Made by a program: the position numbers and the translations under genes | Assembly: GCF_026571515.1 (NCBI RefSeq) | Contig: NW_026864078.1 | Coordinates: 124,001-188,000, forward strand | Length of the DNA: 64,000 bases | DNA from: Ruditapes philippinarum | Taxonomy: Eukaryota | Direction of reading: 5' to 3' | In this document: piece after piece, positions 1-13,620 of the stretch | How positions within the stretch are numbered: the stretch's first letter is position 1 | Layout of the letters: every line of letters starts with the position of its first letter | Notes under the pieces: model-generated | Database searches by the model: none | The model's input: only the letters and a program-made list of their open reading frames with translations | Told to the model about the DNA's origin: nothing

Positions 1-747
1 GCTGAAAGTTTAAAACCTCCTTAAAATTAGTTGTAGTTTATAACGTGTTCGGTGATTGTACGTAACAGTAAAAACATATAATGAGTATTATAATTAATAC
101 AAATGTGCATATGGGCCTGTACAACTGATTCAAAAGCCCAAGTATATCTAAGTTTTACCAATTTACGCTTAACAAGAAACTTTGTCCATTAAAACAAATA
201 AACGTAAATTAGGCTAGATCTACAATCATGATTTAACATGAAATAAGTTCAAATCTCCATAAATATTTTATAAGCTTTATAGAGTTCGTTTCAGAAAACA
301 ACTTATATCACTTTACTAACGAACGTTACTAACTTAGACTTGCCGACGAGATTCTCGGATTTCAATTTAAAATTTGAAAATAACAAATGAACAGGGGTAG
401 TTACATTTTAGGTCCAAACCACATTAAACACCTTTTTACTAATCATTTGATCTTCACTTATTTTCTTCCATTATATTTTATGTATTTAAAGCGTTTTTTT
501 CTCCTTATGTTGTTACTGTTTATAACAATCTCTTTGTTGTTGTTGTTGTTTTTTAAAACTTTTTTGTTATTTTATCTGATTTATTCGATTTGAAAAATAA
601 ATGCGATTTAAGTCTATTAAGTTTTTTCTCATATTCTATTGATACTACAATTGTCTGCTTTTAAGTGCCAATAAATACTTGTGCTTATAATCTAATTGCG
701 AAAAAATTAAAATCCAAAATCCATAAATTTAAGTAAATGTTAAATAC

Positions 748-815
748 CTGTATACTCGGAAGAATAAAAGTCGTCATTTGCCTTTCTCCATCTTTCTGCT
801 ATGTGACCTGTATCT
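748..815 (-). other. Candidate 68-nt internal exon of an unidentified minus-strand gene (could encode DTGHIAERWRKANDDFYSSEYT)
   Basis: Minus strand reads ttctctgattcag|AGATACAGG...GAGTATACAG|gtattt. One frame is open. No homology recognised. Confidence 0.2.
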
Positions 816-2186
816 CTGAATCAGAGAACGTCGCAAAACAAATTTATTAGCGTTGAATTGATTGATTGACACATTTGGTTTTTACACATATATATCTGCT
901 GAAACGGGATCAAGGAGTGGTGAATTGCTATTGACTAACATAGAATAAAAGAAAGTATGGTATAAAAAGGAGAATATGGATATACGCAAATTAAATGTAT
1001 GCTTTACTGTGGTAATCCGCTCATACCCTGCGTGAGGTTATATCTTTCCTATACATAAAATAAACAGACAAGCCACACAAACACGAATATTCAGTAATTA
1101 TTTATTGCATAAGTTTCGGTGGTACATGAATTAAAATGGATCCATAGTGATACAGATGTCTATTAGACAGTGTTAATAAAAATAAGATAATAGATAATAA
1201 TCTACTTCGTAAACATTGGCTAGATAAAAATGTTCGATTTTTTATACATACAATGTTATTTTTCACTTATACTTAGAACGTGATGTTTTGTGATTATGTG
1301 TATGTGTGTGGGGGGGGGGGGGGGGCATGAATGATTACTCTAGCATGAGCACAACTTTAATTTTTTTTTTTTTTGATATTTCGTTTAAATTTTGAACAAC
1401 AATAACAGGAAAATAACTAAGTAACACAAAAACTATCATCACAGACTGAAATACTGTTGCGAAAAGGCGTAAAATGAAACAAACATAGAAAATATTGCTC
1501 CTTTACGGGTTTGTCTTGTTTGATATTTTATCGATCTGTGACATCAATTACCATGAGTATTTTTATTTTATTTTAAAAGGTTCTTGAATTCTGAGCCAAT
1601 ATAAAATTATCAACCATATATATTTACTTGTAAATTGGTGGTATTCAATCCAAAGTCTAGTCAGGTAAAGTTTTAATTATGCCAGCAGATCATTAGCAGG
1701 TCCCCATAGATGTAAACTCTAACCAAACATTAGAAGGTAAATAAAATAAAGTGGACAAATTCCATCTGCTCCCGTTTGATTTACATATAGTACAACTGTC
1801 GTCAGTCTTACCAGTAAAATCTACTTGGGTCAAATCCACATACTCTCTTGATGTCATTTTACGCCGTACTAATTTCATTGTCTATTTTCATGTTTATTTC
1901 ATTCGTAACATGTATTTCATTTCAATTTTATTTTTAAATAAAACGGCGATGCTGTGAAAATTCGTTTTTCCAACCTAGCTGTTTTGTTTCACTCTTTAAT
2001 AGGTAGGTGTCGTATGATTTGACCAACAGCCAAGGAATAGGTTAAGTATTTCCTAGACATCATCTTTGTTAGGTACCTACTCTGGAATATGTTCTAGGCT
2101 AAGAGTTATAATGCGGGCAAGAAATATATGAGTACTTCGACTGCTAATATTACTACAATATGCAAATTTGTCATGTTGACAATGGT

Positions 2187-2320
2187 TCTTTGTTTGTTTG
2201 TTGTTTGTTAGTTTCATTTTACGCATTTTCCCAACAGTATAGTCATATAGGCGGGCATTGTCCTAACCATCGTACCTGGAGAGTTACACCAATACTAGAC
2301 TACCTTCCTCCGCGCGACAA
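2187..2320 (-). mobile_element. Degenerate SINE-like 3' fragment
   Basis: (CAAA)n-type tail on the minus strand (ttgtttgtttgttgtttg) next to GC-richer sequence resembling invertebrate SINE 3' ends. Confidence 0.35.
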
Positions 2321-3454
2321 TGGTTCAAAATGTGTCTTCCTTCATCAATAAAGCTTAAAGGCAAGCCTATATATAATATATACAGTGTCAGTGATGCTAA
2401 AGATCCAACATAACAAACAAACATCAAGCAGCATTTGTCTTACAAAAGTGTTAAAACTGCTTTAAAACTGTTCAAGACAAATAAGTATTTACTGTCTGAC
2501 AATAAATATATCTGTATATCCTAGTCTATTCCTGTATCATTATTTGATTACCTATTTTGAAACGTCAAACCTCTTATTGTCAAGGTGTGATATTCTTTGT
2601 GTCAATAACACGGATAATTATAATTCATTTTCAAATGTATTCACGTTTCTTGCCTCACTAAATAACATTAAATTGTTGCTTGATTTCAATATAACACTTT
2701 GTTAAAAAACATATTCAACGGCTATAACTTTTTTAATTTATGATTTTCTTTTTGTGTAAAGAAGATGTGCTAATTAAACGCCTTTTCAGCAATACACCGA
2801 TTGAGGTAGTGTGAGTTTCATGAGACCTAAGAACATTAGACATTACCTATGTCAGCACACCGCTAATAAATTATGTTTGTCAAAAAAGTAACAAGGAGAA
2901 GGCGCAAAATAGTATGAATATATTAAAGGAGCGAAAAAAATGTGCGAAATCAATTTGGGCTAATATCATTTAATAACAAAGATAATATAGGTAACTTAAG
3001 GTGTAAAAATGTTATATTGAAAGTCTTTTCACATCATCGCAAGTTATTAACTTTCAATTATGTAGTGATATGTTTTATTCGTTTAACACTTGGTACATAA
3101 AAGACCACGCGTCATTTTTCCCGCGGGTGTTTTCATTATACAAATACGTGACGTCAATTGTCTTACGAAAATAGAAACATGGAGACGAACGACTTTAACA
3201 GATCTTTTGTATTTTATAACAGTCTCATCATTGTACACAATAACATTCAAAACATTAATGAATGATATGAAATATAATACATTGCCATTCAATAACTAAC
3301 TACGAGAATAAGATATTTATACATGTATATGGTTTCAAACTTATACCAAAGGAGAAAACAGATTTTTTACTTCCTTTTTTAAATATTTACCGAAGCATAT
3401 ATTATCGAAAAAAAAAACCGTTTCGTTCTACTAGTTAATTAATTCTAAATTAAG

Positions 3455-4615
3455 ATTGAATTCGGCTATAGACGATTGTTTGGCGCGTGAGAGATACTGC
3501 GCATTGTTATAGACGATTGTTTGGCGCGTGAGAGATACTGCGCATTTTCCCGTTAACCATCATAATCAGACTCAATCAAACCGAGTCTGCAATTTGATGC
3601 AATTTTCTGATTTTCATTGCTCCCGAGGGATTGTCCCTTTTCCAGATGTCTAAAAGTCAATCAAGTTAAAAGACAGACCCACAAATGGATTTCATCAACT
3701 TTTGTTGTTATAATTTCTTTTTTTAAAGCCATTAATTCTGGTAATAAAATCACTGACAAAAGTTGTCTAAATATAAAATACATTATCTCTATAACTACGC
3801 TACAGATAAGTAAAATGATGAAAAGCTTCCATCTACAAAAAGACATAGTACCAGCGTTAATCATTGTCACTAATTTCAAGTTTTGGAATATTATTGATAA
3901 ATTTTTACATCCACATTAGAGTATTTAAAATGCTTGAAATAGATAAATACAGAATCCCTAAATAAAGCGCAACACGGCAAAATTGAAAATGTTGCAGGCT
4001 CGGTTTGATTGAGCCTGTTCATGGACGGTACTGGAAAGTGCAAGTTACCGTCCACGCCCACTAGCACCGGCTTAAGCAGAATTCAACATTTAAACATGAA
4101 ATAGTAAAATTTTGAATCAAGAAACATCCGCAGATGTGTTCATACGGCGGTTATCATGGAACCTTCAATGTGACACTTCTGTGCCATTCCATGAAAAGCG
4201 GCGTATGGTCCCCAAGTAATAAAAAGCGTATTCCGATCACATTTAATGTTGGAGCATTGATTCCAGCATGTTAGTACATACCGCTTAAGTCGATGCTAGA
4301 GTCGTGAAAGATAATACATTGTTTCATGATCTCTCATGCTAAGACTCAATCAAACCGAGTCTGCAACTTTTATATTATATTCTTGTTTTCAATTGTCCCG
4401 CAGGATAACTGAAACAACAGTATTATATGAAAATTGCAAGCTCGGTTTGATTGAGCCTGTACATGAGAGATAATGTTAAAGTGCAACATCTCTCACATTC
4501 ACAATCACCGGCTTCAGTGGTATTCAATCTTTAACACAAACGCGCTGTTATCAATGATCCTGAAGGACCAGGAAAAAATATAACAACACTGAAGTTAAGT
4601 ACCGGGTAACTTATT
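3455..4615. repeat. Cluster of four alternating-orientation copies of a degenerate non-autonomous repeat (core TTGCAGACTCGGTTTGATTGAGTCTG)
   Basis: Core on minus at ~3568 and ~4342, on plus at ~3992 and ~4434. A 39-bp direct duplication lies at 3467-3505/3508-3546. The same core recurs near 24511, 24612, 52030, 59928, 62435 and 62718. Confidence 0.7.
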
Positions 4616-6434
4616 AGATAGAACTAGGATAGAGTATTCAAATCTTACGATGACGTTGACCCTCATATGAAAGATTTTCAAAGTTAACGACAAATAGCTC
4701 TTTTATATGTAAACCCAAGTTTTGATGAATTAATTTGAACATGAGGAATTGTCATTGTCTCCACTTAGAAATTTAGACAATCAACAAGTTAGGTAAAAAT
4801 ATCATTTAATATTGACGAGATGTTTATAACGTACGAATCTGATAAATCTGAAAAGATATTCCGTTAATGGGTATGATATATAATATGGTTTAATATCCCA
4901 CGTGTTTGTACTTGTAATGTGATGCAGTTACTTTACTGTATCAAGATAAAGACGCGTCTTAAAAATATCAACCAGAATGCGTTTAGACATTGTGTGATAT
5001 TAATATACATAAAATATAGTTTTGAATTAGCAATTAGTCTCTCAATCAATTTTTAACAGAAAAAGTATGATGTCCTTTTTACAATATATATTGCATATGG
5101 TATGGTGGCAAAAATACACTTTTCTTTTAATTTAATTCACTGATTGTAATTGAACATTATGATAGTGCATTTGACAAAATACGGTTATTTGAGACATGGC
5201 ATTTGAAAAAGTCATCTAACATAATAAATCGTCGATATCTGTATATAAAAGACAAGGAAATTGGTTTCTTTTAAGAAGCAAACAAAGATGGCAAGAAATG
5301 CAAGAAATGTAATATTAGCAAGATAATTTCGGAACAACAGCTTTTTCAAATTTATCAGAAATTTGATATTGACATCTTCTTTCGCTACTTGTTTGGATAT
5401 TTTGAAACTGAATTTTTTACTAATAACCTTATAAATTTCATAAACTATTTTCTCTGTTTCTCCACTATTTCTACAATATTAAATCATTCCTATCAGACAA
5501 TTAGTCAATCATTAAGTCACGTATTTCTACAAAACAAAGTGCATTTAAATAATGCTTTGTCAAAAACTCAATAATTTGTCACACATCCTTTATATATTGA
5601 TATACAATTAATCTCGTTTGACAGACAATAAACATGCACATGGAAACAGATAAAAATCATGTCATTAAAATCAACGTCACCACTTATATATGAATGAATT
5701 AAAGCAATATGGTATGAATCTGTATACTTGTGTCAATTTCAGTAAATGATTTCAATAGACGTTGACGGTAATTATTAGCATGTTATTTGACCATATAATT
5801 TACATAAAATTCAATCATTTTCAGTAATTATTTAGATATATAAACATAAATTAACAAACAACTTAAAAAAATCATCTCAATCAAACTCAATCATCTGTGT
5901 ACTCCTTGATGTAATCATTACAAATTAAAAACAACAGCGAACAAACGAACATAATGCTACTTTAACTTATGTTAGAAAGTAATTAAACAAGGCGGTTTCT
6001 TATTCAAACTATTTAGAAATCAAGACCTTAAGGAAAAACATAAGAAATAGATAATAACAAAATCAAAATGGAAACAAAAATTACCTAATCTTCATTCGTA
6101 CTCAATCGTGTCTTTAATAAGAAATCAAAATGATATGAAAGAGCAAGACGATTGCTGCCTTCCTACAAAATCCAGATCATTGTAAAATATAACATACCAT
6201 AAAATATCTCTTTTTTTTTCAATTTCTCAAAAATTGTACTTGTTTACAGTTTCATATATTTTCTAAACAACGGTTGAGTTGAGTGGTTGATATTTGAGTA
6301 AAATAAAGATAATGACTGTTCTCTGTTCTATGCACATCTTATCAAATAGACCAGGAAAAATATAAGAAATATTAGCAAAATTGATTTTTAAGCCTCACTA
6401 TTGCTTCGTGGTATGTACATTTTTACATGCTTTA

Positions 6435-6712
6435 GGCCTTCATAGCCGAATTGTTACAATCGTCAACTACAAATAATTTTTCCTCTCACAACTGTAGTTA
6501 CGAATCCCTTTATGGACTTCGGATTTGTTTATGTGTTGTGTCAAAGCTATCCAGTTAGCTTGCAGAAAGTCGGTTGTTCTGCGCAGAAATAGTTCTTTCC
6601 CAAGGTGGTGTTTTTTAGATACGTTTACCTCCACTGGCAAAGGTGGACAGTCGCTGTATAGCCTTTATAGTATCTGTGTCGCTTAAATATAATATAGGAA
6701 ACATCAAACACA
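6435..6712 (+). mobile_element. Degenerate tRNA-derived SINE
   Basis: Decayed A/B-box head, central aagctatccagttagcttgcagaaagtcggttgttct block and cctccac...aaaggtggacagtcgc 3' block, shared with copies at 20914, 35725 and 51188. Confidence 0.6.
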
Positions 6713-8407
6713 ACATTATTGCAGGACATAACATCTACACGTTGAACCGAAATAATTGATATGTTAGTATGATATGATACTGACATTTCGTTTCTACAGG
6801 GAGTTTATCTGTCTAGTAACATATCATGGCTGAAATAAAATTGTTGACGAATAGTCTAAAGTTCAAATATCGTAAAATATGAACTGTTACTGGTATACTG
6901 TAAGTGACGTCACTACCGTAGCACACAACCAGTTTTCATAAATTAATACAAATTATAGAATATATCTAGATCAAGTTTATGAAAACAAGTTGTATTGTCC
7001 TTAATACCTATGGCTCTTTTGTAACTTATCGATGATAGGAGGTCATCATAATACCTACTTTGTCTACCTTATTATGTGTTGTTGTTTTGTTGTTTAGCTA
7101 ATTTCCAGCACCTTTGATGTTTTGAGCATTTGCTGTCATCTTATCTACATGTACCTAGTCTGTTACATTCTGTGAAAAATGAAAACTCTGTATTTAATTT
7201 AGATCAACAACCACTATATGTAACAAAGTAAATATTCTCGCACTTTTAAACCTTTACAACTCATTTGTCTGCTTCTTAAATGTTCGTATATGAACGTAAT
7301 ATACTAACATTTTTTATAACATTAATTTTACAAAAAAAGTGTTTTATGAAAAGAAATCCTTTCAATAAAGCTTGTGCGTTCAGATAGTCAATATAGAAAA
7401 ACATCAATTAACTGAAAATACGTTACTTGGTTTGGTGAAGCCATGAAACAAGCGATATATAATTTTTTGATTTATTGATAGTGAATCCGATCTGATCCGA
7501 TCGGATAATTACAATACCGTAAACAATCTAAATCAAGGTTAAGATCTTCTTATATGTTATTTAAGAGATTGATGCAAAAGAAATGTAGATGCACAACGCT
7601 ATCTTGAAATATCTGATACGAATTAGCAATATTATCACTATTTAAATGCTGATTGTCTTTAATGAATATGTCCAACTTCAATCTGGAGGTAAACAAATAA
7701 CACTGTAAGAGTAAGTTTCAGATATGTAGTGGCTGAATACTGTTAATCCGGTATTTTTCGCGATGTTTAAATTTTCGCTATTATTCGCGAATCGGTCGCG
7801 TCGCGAATTAATGATGCCGCGAAAATGTTATAACATATTAACATACATTATAAAAAAATAAATCTGACATTTTCTTTCGAATTGTGATTAAGTTTTATAA
7901 TGAATGCAAATAATTAACCCTTTCACTGCCATAGGGACGGCTTATGTCGTCCCTGCTATTTTCGGCGTTTTTGCCATATGGACGGCTTTAGCCGTTTCTA
8001 TAATAGATAGATAGATTTATTTCGGCAAAGGAAGCATATACATAGTTGACAATATAACATAGGATAAAATAATGAGCATTATTAAATACTATATCACATA
8101 CGAGTAAAACTATGACATGCTCACCAAAACCTGAAAACCAAGAAAAACACAAAAAAGGGCAAAAAAGCTCTTGTTTCCATTGTGGTCCTTTGTATTGGCG
8201 GCATGACATAGAGAGGCAAACCTTAATATAATCATGTTTAAAAATACTAATAAATCATAAAAATGTATATCACAGTCAAATCTTGAGTTAATGATACTCC
8301 TGTTTACAGCTAGGATTTAAAACACATTACTAAAATTGTAATAAGATAAATGGCAGACAATTTAAAATCCTGAGCCAAAATATGTAAAAACATGTTTAAA
8401 TTTTTTT

Positions 8408-10812
8408 TTAAATACTGTTCATAAGATGACTTTTGATGGCAACCTTAAAACTTTGTAACCTGTTGATCTCCGTTAACTTTACAGGTAAATCATTCCATAA
8501 TTTAATACCAGAGAAAGCAAATGATTTAAAACCCTGGCCTTTGACCTTAGGTAGACACTATCCACCCTTTTGACTAAGTCTTGTACTATAATTATGAATG
8601 GAATCTTGTGAAATAAAGTGTTCAGACATGTAATCCGGAGATAGGCCATTTTTTATCTTAAAAACATGACGCATCATTATCTGTTCAATTCTTTTGTGGA
8701 CCGGTAACCAGTTAATGGACTTAACCCATTGCTTCATGAGCATTTTGTGAAAAATGGCTGTTTTCATTGAAAAGTCTCCCGTTACAAGTTCAAATTGCTA
8801 TAATACTATAAAAACTGCTTCAACACTAATCAAACTTGGCACAAATGTTGACTGGACCATTGCCCTTGCAACAACATGCTCAGGCTTAAATTTTCTGTTA
8901 CCATGGCAACGAGGGGACATCTCAAAATTGCCAAAAATCACTATTTTGCGTTGATTTTTTTCCATCATAATTGATTTCAAAGTGCTGCAACTTCTCAATG
9001 GATTGAGATAGAGTCAAATGCTTTTCAGCGTTGGTTACACGTTACCTTATGATCAATCTGGGGTCATTTATAGCCTCTCACAAGTCCAAAATTTTCTTGG
9101 CGATGAGGGGGACTCCGCCCCCCTTCAAACCCCCCAAACAGAAGGGGGCACATCCCCCTTCTGGCAACCCCCTGATGTATCTTTTGGTTGGGGGGCCGCG
9201 CCGAAAAAGTGGTCACTTTTTTTAACAACATTTCTCAAACAAAAACAAGTGTTGGGGGCCTAAATAAGGCATTTTTCACCATTTGAGACAACAAAAAGGG
9301 GGGGGGGGTGAAAAAGGCGTTAAAAGGCGTGTATATGAAGTAATGGGTTAAAGTGGGATGGGTCAATGTGGGCTTTAGAGTCCAAGTCAAGTACAAATCT
9401 CATTATTTTGTTTTGACAAGTTTGTAACTTATTTTTTAAAGACTGTGTCAAGCTATTATACCAAACAGAGCATGCGTAATCATAGTGACACTGAATAAGA
9501 GACATAACATAACCAGAAGTTTCTTGGTATGCTGAGTAAGAAACTCTTTCTTGCGGTAAAGAAATTTTAACCGAGAGTTGGCCTTCTTAAGAACAGACTC
9601 GGCCATGGCGCAAAATGACAGATTTTGGTCTATAGTAAACCCAAGATACTTGATAGATGAAGTTTATTCAATGGATGTACCAGAACAGGTTATATGCAGG
9701 TTAGATTTTGACCTGGAAGTTTTTGCCTGGACCCAAATAAAATTGACTCGGTTTTACCCGAATGCAATGACAACTTATTGTCCACTAACCATTGGCTGAC
9801 CAATTCCATATCATCTATCAATGCCTTTTCAACAACAGATAAACTTTTACCAGATACAAGGATACCAGAATCAACATCATACAAAAGCAATTTATTTTTG
9901 ACCACAGCTGACATATCATTTACATAAATTAAAAAGAGAAGGGGTCCAAGGATTGAGCCCTGAGGAACACCACATGTTATTTTGGAATTGGAAGAATAAG
10001 TACCAAAGTACCAGAGACATCTACAAGTTGCTGTCTATCTGATAAATATGATTTGAACCAATTAAGGACGTCAATACTAAGACCTGATGCTTGCAGTTTC
10101 ATTAAAAGAATGGAATGGTCGACTGTGTCAAACGCTTTCTGCAAATCCAGCAGCACCATACCAACAACATTACCTTTATCATTTTCATACCTGATAAAGT
10201 CTGTAAGGTGAATCAGACAAGTATCAGTAGAGAAGCCACTCCTGAAACCTGATTGAAATTTGTACAGCAGATCTTTATCCTTAAAATAAGCTTCAACCTG
10301 GTCATAAACCACCTTTTCAAGCACTTTAGATACAACATTTAAAATGGACACAGGCCGGTAATTACCAACAGACAATTTGTCGTTCTTTTTATAGAGGGGA
10401 ACAACTCTTGCAGATTTAAGATCATCAGGGACTTGACCTTGGATAAGGGATAAGTTTATGATATGAGCTAATGGACTAGCAATAACTGGGGATCCATCTC
10501 TGATAAAACGTGAGGGTGTACCATCTAAGCCAGTAGCTTTTTTGACACCTAATGAAGTTAAGTATTTAAGAACTTTACCTTCAGAAACAATGGAAAAGAA
10601 AAACTGTTTGCAAAAATACCCTTGTTTGCATAAAAAGTATTAACAATATTCGTACCAAATTTATGCATACTTTCTGGCAACTTTTCAACAAGTTTACATG
10701 CAACTGTTGTATAAAATTTGTTAAATGATTCAGCAATAAGTTTCTTTTCAAAACACACATTATCATCAATATTTAAACAAATATTTGAACTGGTTGAAGA
10801 TGAACCCTTCTT
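8408..10812 (-). pseudogene. Disrupted LINE ORF2 reverse transcriptase fragment
   Basis: GNYRPVSIL, FQSGFRSGFSTDTCL, LLDLQKAFDTVDH, GVPQGSILGPLLFLIYVND, YDVD (degenerate YADD), WLVDNKLSLH, DYACSVWY, NWLPV. Several frameshifts and one MITE insertion. Confidence 0.9.
8725..9347. mobile_element. 623-bp piggyBac-like MITE inserted in the LINE ORF
   Basis: TTAA(8721-8724) CCCATTGCTTCAT ... ATGAAGTAATGGG TTAA(9348-9351); TIR match 12/13. Removing it restores the LINE frame DPSHFKSINWLPV. Confidence 0.88.
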
Positions 10813-10814
10813 GA

Positions 10815-11005
10815 AATAATAATAATAATAGTAATAATAATAAATTAATAATAATAATAATAAGAATAATAATAAATTTAAAGAAAATTATACCATCGAC
10901 AATAATTATTATGATACTCACAGATTTGAAAACATATATAATTATTATAATACTATTATTATAATACTAATAGCAAATAATAATAATTATATTAATTAAT
11001 GATAT
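10815..11005. repeat. (TAA)n-rich low-complexity tract
   Basis: aataataataatagtaataataataaattaataataataataataag and further degenerate runs. Confidence 0.8.
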
Positions 11006-11664
11006 AGTAATTTCTCAGAAAACCCTCTGGCAAATAGGTGATCAATAAAACAATAACCCTCTGGCAGCTAAAGGATTAATATGTGCAATGTTTTATATAC
11101 ATTTTAATAAAGATATAAAGGTTAAAGATTGTTCCCATTCCTTTTTCCGCATGAGGACATGCATGTAAAAAACAAAAAGAGACAATTTTTGCACTTTACA
11201 GACAAATGTGAACACATATTGTTTATATGACAATAGATTTACTGTAAAACAGTGATCAACGGACAATTTTCATACGGTAGATTAAGTATTATAAACAAAT
11301 ATATAACACGGTCAAGGTCATGTTAACTGAGAGTAGCTAATTTTTTTTGCACTAAGAATTTCAATCACAAACATAATGTAGTGACTTTCTGAGTTTTGAA
11401 CATTATAAAAATGTGTGTATAAACTTATATAGAATTGATTTTGAGGGAAATCTATTCTTAACTACTTTCACAAGTGGAGGGAAATTGGATTTTATAATTT
11501 TGGATTTATTGAAAATTTGAATCTTGTGTGTATTGATGAGATGGATTACAAATGTTGAGAAGACCCCTGGAGTAGTTTACTTCAGAAATATTCAGTAACT
11601 GTAAAATATCTGTGGAGTGTTAACTGTGAAAACTGGTTTTAAGCAACTCTGTTTACATAACAAG

Positions 11665-12543
11665 ATGTCAACCAAAAAAATAACAGTAAAAGAAACAGGT
11701 AGGGTGAAAAAAGCAAGGACCCATTCAGATGTTAGTGAGAGCAGTGCAGAAGAATTATGTATTATACATCAACAACTAGAGGGTCTCTCTGAAAATATAG
11801 TACAACTAAGGGGTGAACTCAAAAGTATGCTGACAAAAAATGATATTGAAACTTTAATCACAAAAACAGTAACAAACATTATGAACAAAATGGAAAAACA
11901 GATGATTGAGTCAATAGAATCAAAATTTGATGAAAAATCACACAAGCTAAATGAAAAAATTGAATATCTTGAATTTGAAAATAATACTTTGAAAGATCAA
12001 ATTGGAAAATTAGAAACCAAAATCATGTCATCAAATGAAGAAATAGCAGAAAAACTCAAATCTCAGGAAATATTGTTAAGAGAAACCAGTAAAAAGGCAA
12101 AATTCAATGAACAATATTCAAGGAGGAATAATTTCAAAATAATGAATATAAAAGAAGATAAAGGAGAAACAACAGAGAGTCTGACAGAAAAAACACTGGA
12201 CATTTTAAGTTCTAAAAAAATCAATATTTCACGATCAGAAGTCATAGCCATACATAGGATACCAGGAAGACCCAATACTCCAAAACCAGTAATTATAAGA
12301 TTATTAACAAATGATGCCAAGTCACGCGTGATGAGGAAACGGGCAGAAATGAAGGCAGCAGGATTTAGATTAGTTGATGATGTCACACGGGCCAATCAAC
12401 AATTGATAAACCGATTATCACTTAACCCAATGATTGCCAGTGCTTGGTTTTTCAATGGCACTGTATATGGATCCGACAAGAGAGGGAAGAAACATAAATT
12501 TGATTTATATGTCAATGTTGAGGAGAAACTACAAAGTGAATAA
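11665..12543 (+). CDS. LINE ORF1 protein (coiled coil plus L1-type RRM/CTD-like region), 292 aa, intact
   Basis: Open frame from ATG 11665. Heptad-rich N-half, then EQYSRRNNFKIMNIKE, IAIHRIP, PKPVIIRL, DDVT and SAWFFNG motifs typical of invertebrate LINE ORF1. Confidence 0.88.
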   Translation: MSTKKITVKETGRVKKARTHSDVSESSAEELCIIHQQLEGLSENIVQLRGELKSMLTKNDIETLITKTVTNIMNKMEKQMIESIESKFDEKSHKLNEKIEYLEFENNTLKDQIGKLETKIMSSNEEIAEKLKSQEILLRETSKKAKFNEQYSRRNNFKIMNIKEDKGETTESLTEKTLDILSSKKINISRSEVIAIHRIPGRPNTPKPVIIRLLTNDAKSRVMRKRAEMKAAGFRLVDDVTRANQQLINRLSLNPMIASAWFFNGTVYGSDKRGKKHKFDLYVNVEEKLQSE

Positions 12544-12839
12544 CTATACAACTATTATGATAACTCATATACTCTCACAACAGACACATAGATGAAGACG
12601 ACAGTAAAGTCTTTAACAGTGTTTAAGTATATTTTTGAACTTTATTATTACAAGACAGGTTTAAAAATTCTTATAATGCATTTCATGGTTTCTCGTGACA
12701 TTCAATAGCAATATTTTATTTAGAAATACTTATTTTTGTTTTCACTTTAAATACAAATATACTACTGTGTTAAGTTATACGCGTGTGTGACATTATAGAT
12801 CTCTCTTACAATTATAATAAATCCTTTTTATTAGTATTT

Positions 12840-13620
12840 TTTTCCTTTAAATATAAGAAATATTATTGATGGTTTTTATTCATATGAGAATTATCATGAT
12901 TATGGATAACTATCATCTTCATATTAATAGAATAATGATTATTGATGTTTGTGTTCTTTTCAAATAAGAATGACAATAGTTATTGATAATTTGAACTATA
13001 TATAGGGAGTAACATATTATGTATGATAACTTTCCTCATATTATAAATTATCAGAATTATTCATGTTTGTTTTTTCTTCATATTGAAAATAGAATTGTAA
13101 TCAATAATGTTTTTTTCCCTTCATATTAGAGTTATCATGGTTATTGTAAATACTCCTTCTATTGCTAGAATATCATGATGACATTTTAATATATTTTTTT
13201 TTCTACATATTAGAATTATCACCTATTTTTTCTTCATATTAGAGTTATCATCGTTATTGAAAATACTCCTTCTATTGCTAGAATATCATGATGACGATTT
13301 TATATTTTTTTTTCTACATATTAGAATTATCACCTATTTTTTCTTCATATTAGAGTTATCATCGTTATTGAAAATACTCCTTCTATTGCTAGAATATCAT
13401 GATGACGATTTAATATATTTTTTTTCTACATATTAGAATTATCACCTTTTTTGAGTACCGGTACTTATCTTTATAAAAGAGTTATTGTTGTCATTGAAAA
13501 TAATTATATACTTATAAAAATAATGTATATTTATTGATGGTTTCTTTCTTACATAAATTATGGTATTTTGATAATTATTATCATCATATAAGAATTACCC
13601 TTTGATATTTTTTCTCTTAA
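12840..13620 (+). repeat. Tandem repeats in the LINE inter-ORF spacer (3 near-identical ~111-bp units at ~13118-13450 within older ~38-bp degenerate units)
   Basis: cttcatattagagttatcat...aaatactccttctattgctagaatatcatgatgac...ttctacatattagaattatcacct occurs three times. Related catattagaattatcat motifs lie on both sides. Confidence 0.85.

Larger units (their letters stand above)
8003..10812 (-). mobile_element. 5'-truncated non-LTR retrotransposon, L2/CR1 group (L2/Crack-like)
   Basis: RT motifs on the minus strand. The 3' UTR has GGACCACAATGGAAACAAG and ends AATAAA-(TCTA)n at ~8003-8021. No endonuclease or ORF1 region is present. Confidence 0.85.
7918..11075. mobile_element. piggyBac-like non-autonomous element with TTAA TSD
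   Basis: TTAA(7914-7917) CCCTTTCACTGCCATAGGG ... CCCTCTGGCAGCTAAAGGA TTAA(11076-11079); TIRs match 15/19. Subterminal motifs are duplicated (gccatagggacggct-like x2 on the left, aaccctctggca x2 on the right). Confidence 0.65.

Noticed and set aside
1300-1325. G16 run as a G-quadruplex element
   Set aside because: Simple homopolymer after a (TG)n repeat with no supporting context.
1693-1878. 61-aa minus ORF, and the other short 60-120 aa ORFs in AT-rich DNA (e.g. 30050-30406, 32416-32619, 51799-52167)
   Set aside because: No recognisable domains; many start at non-ATG codons and have the composition of random AT-rich DNA.
12063-12395. Antisense ORFs over LINE ORF1 (and 44193-44537, 44636-44818 over the transposase)
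   Set aside because: Shadow ORFs of coding sequence with no recognisable motifs.
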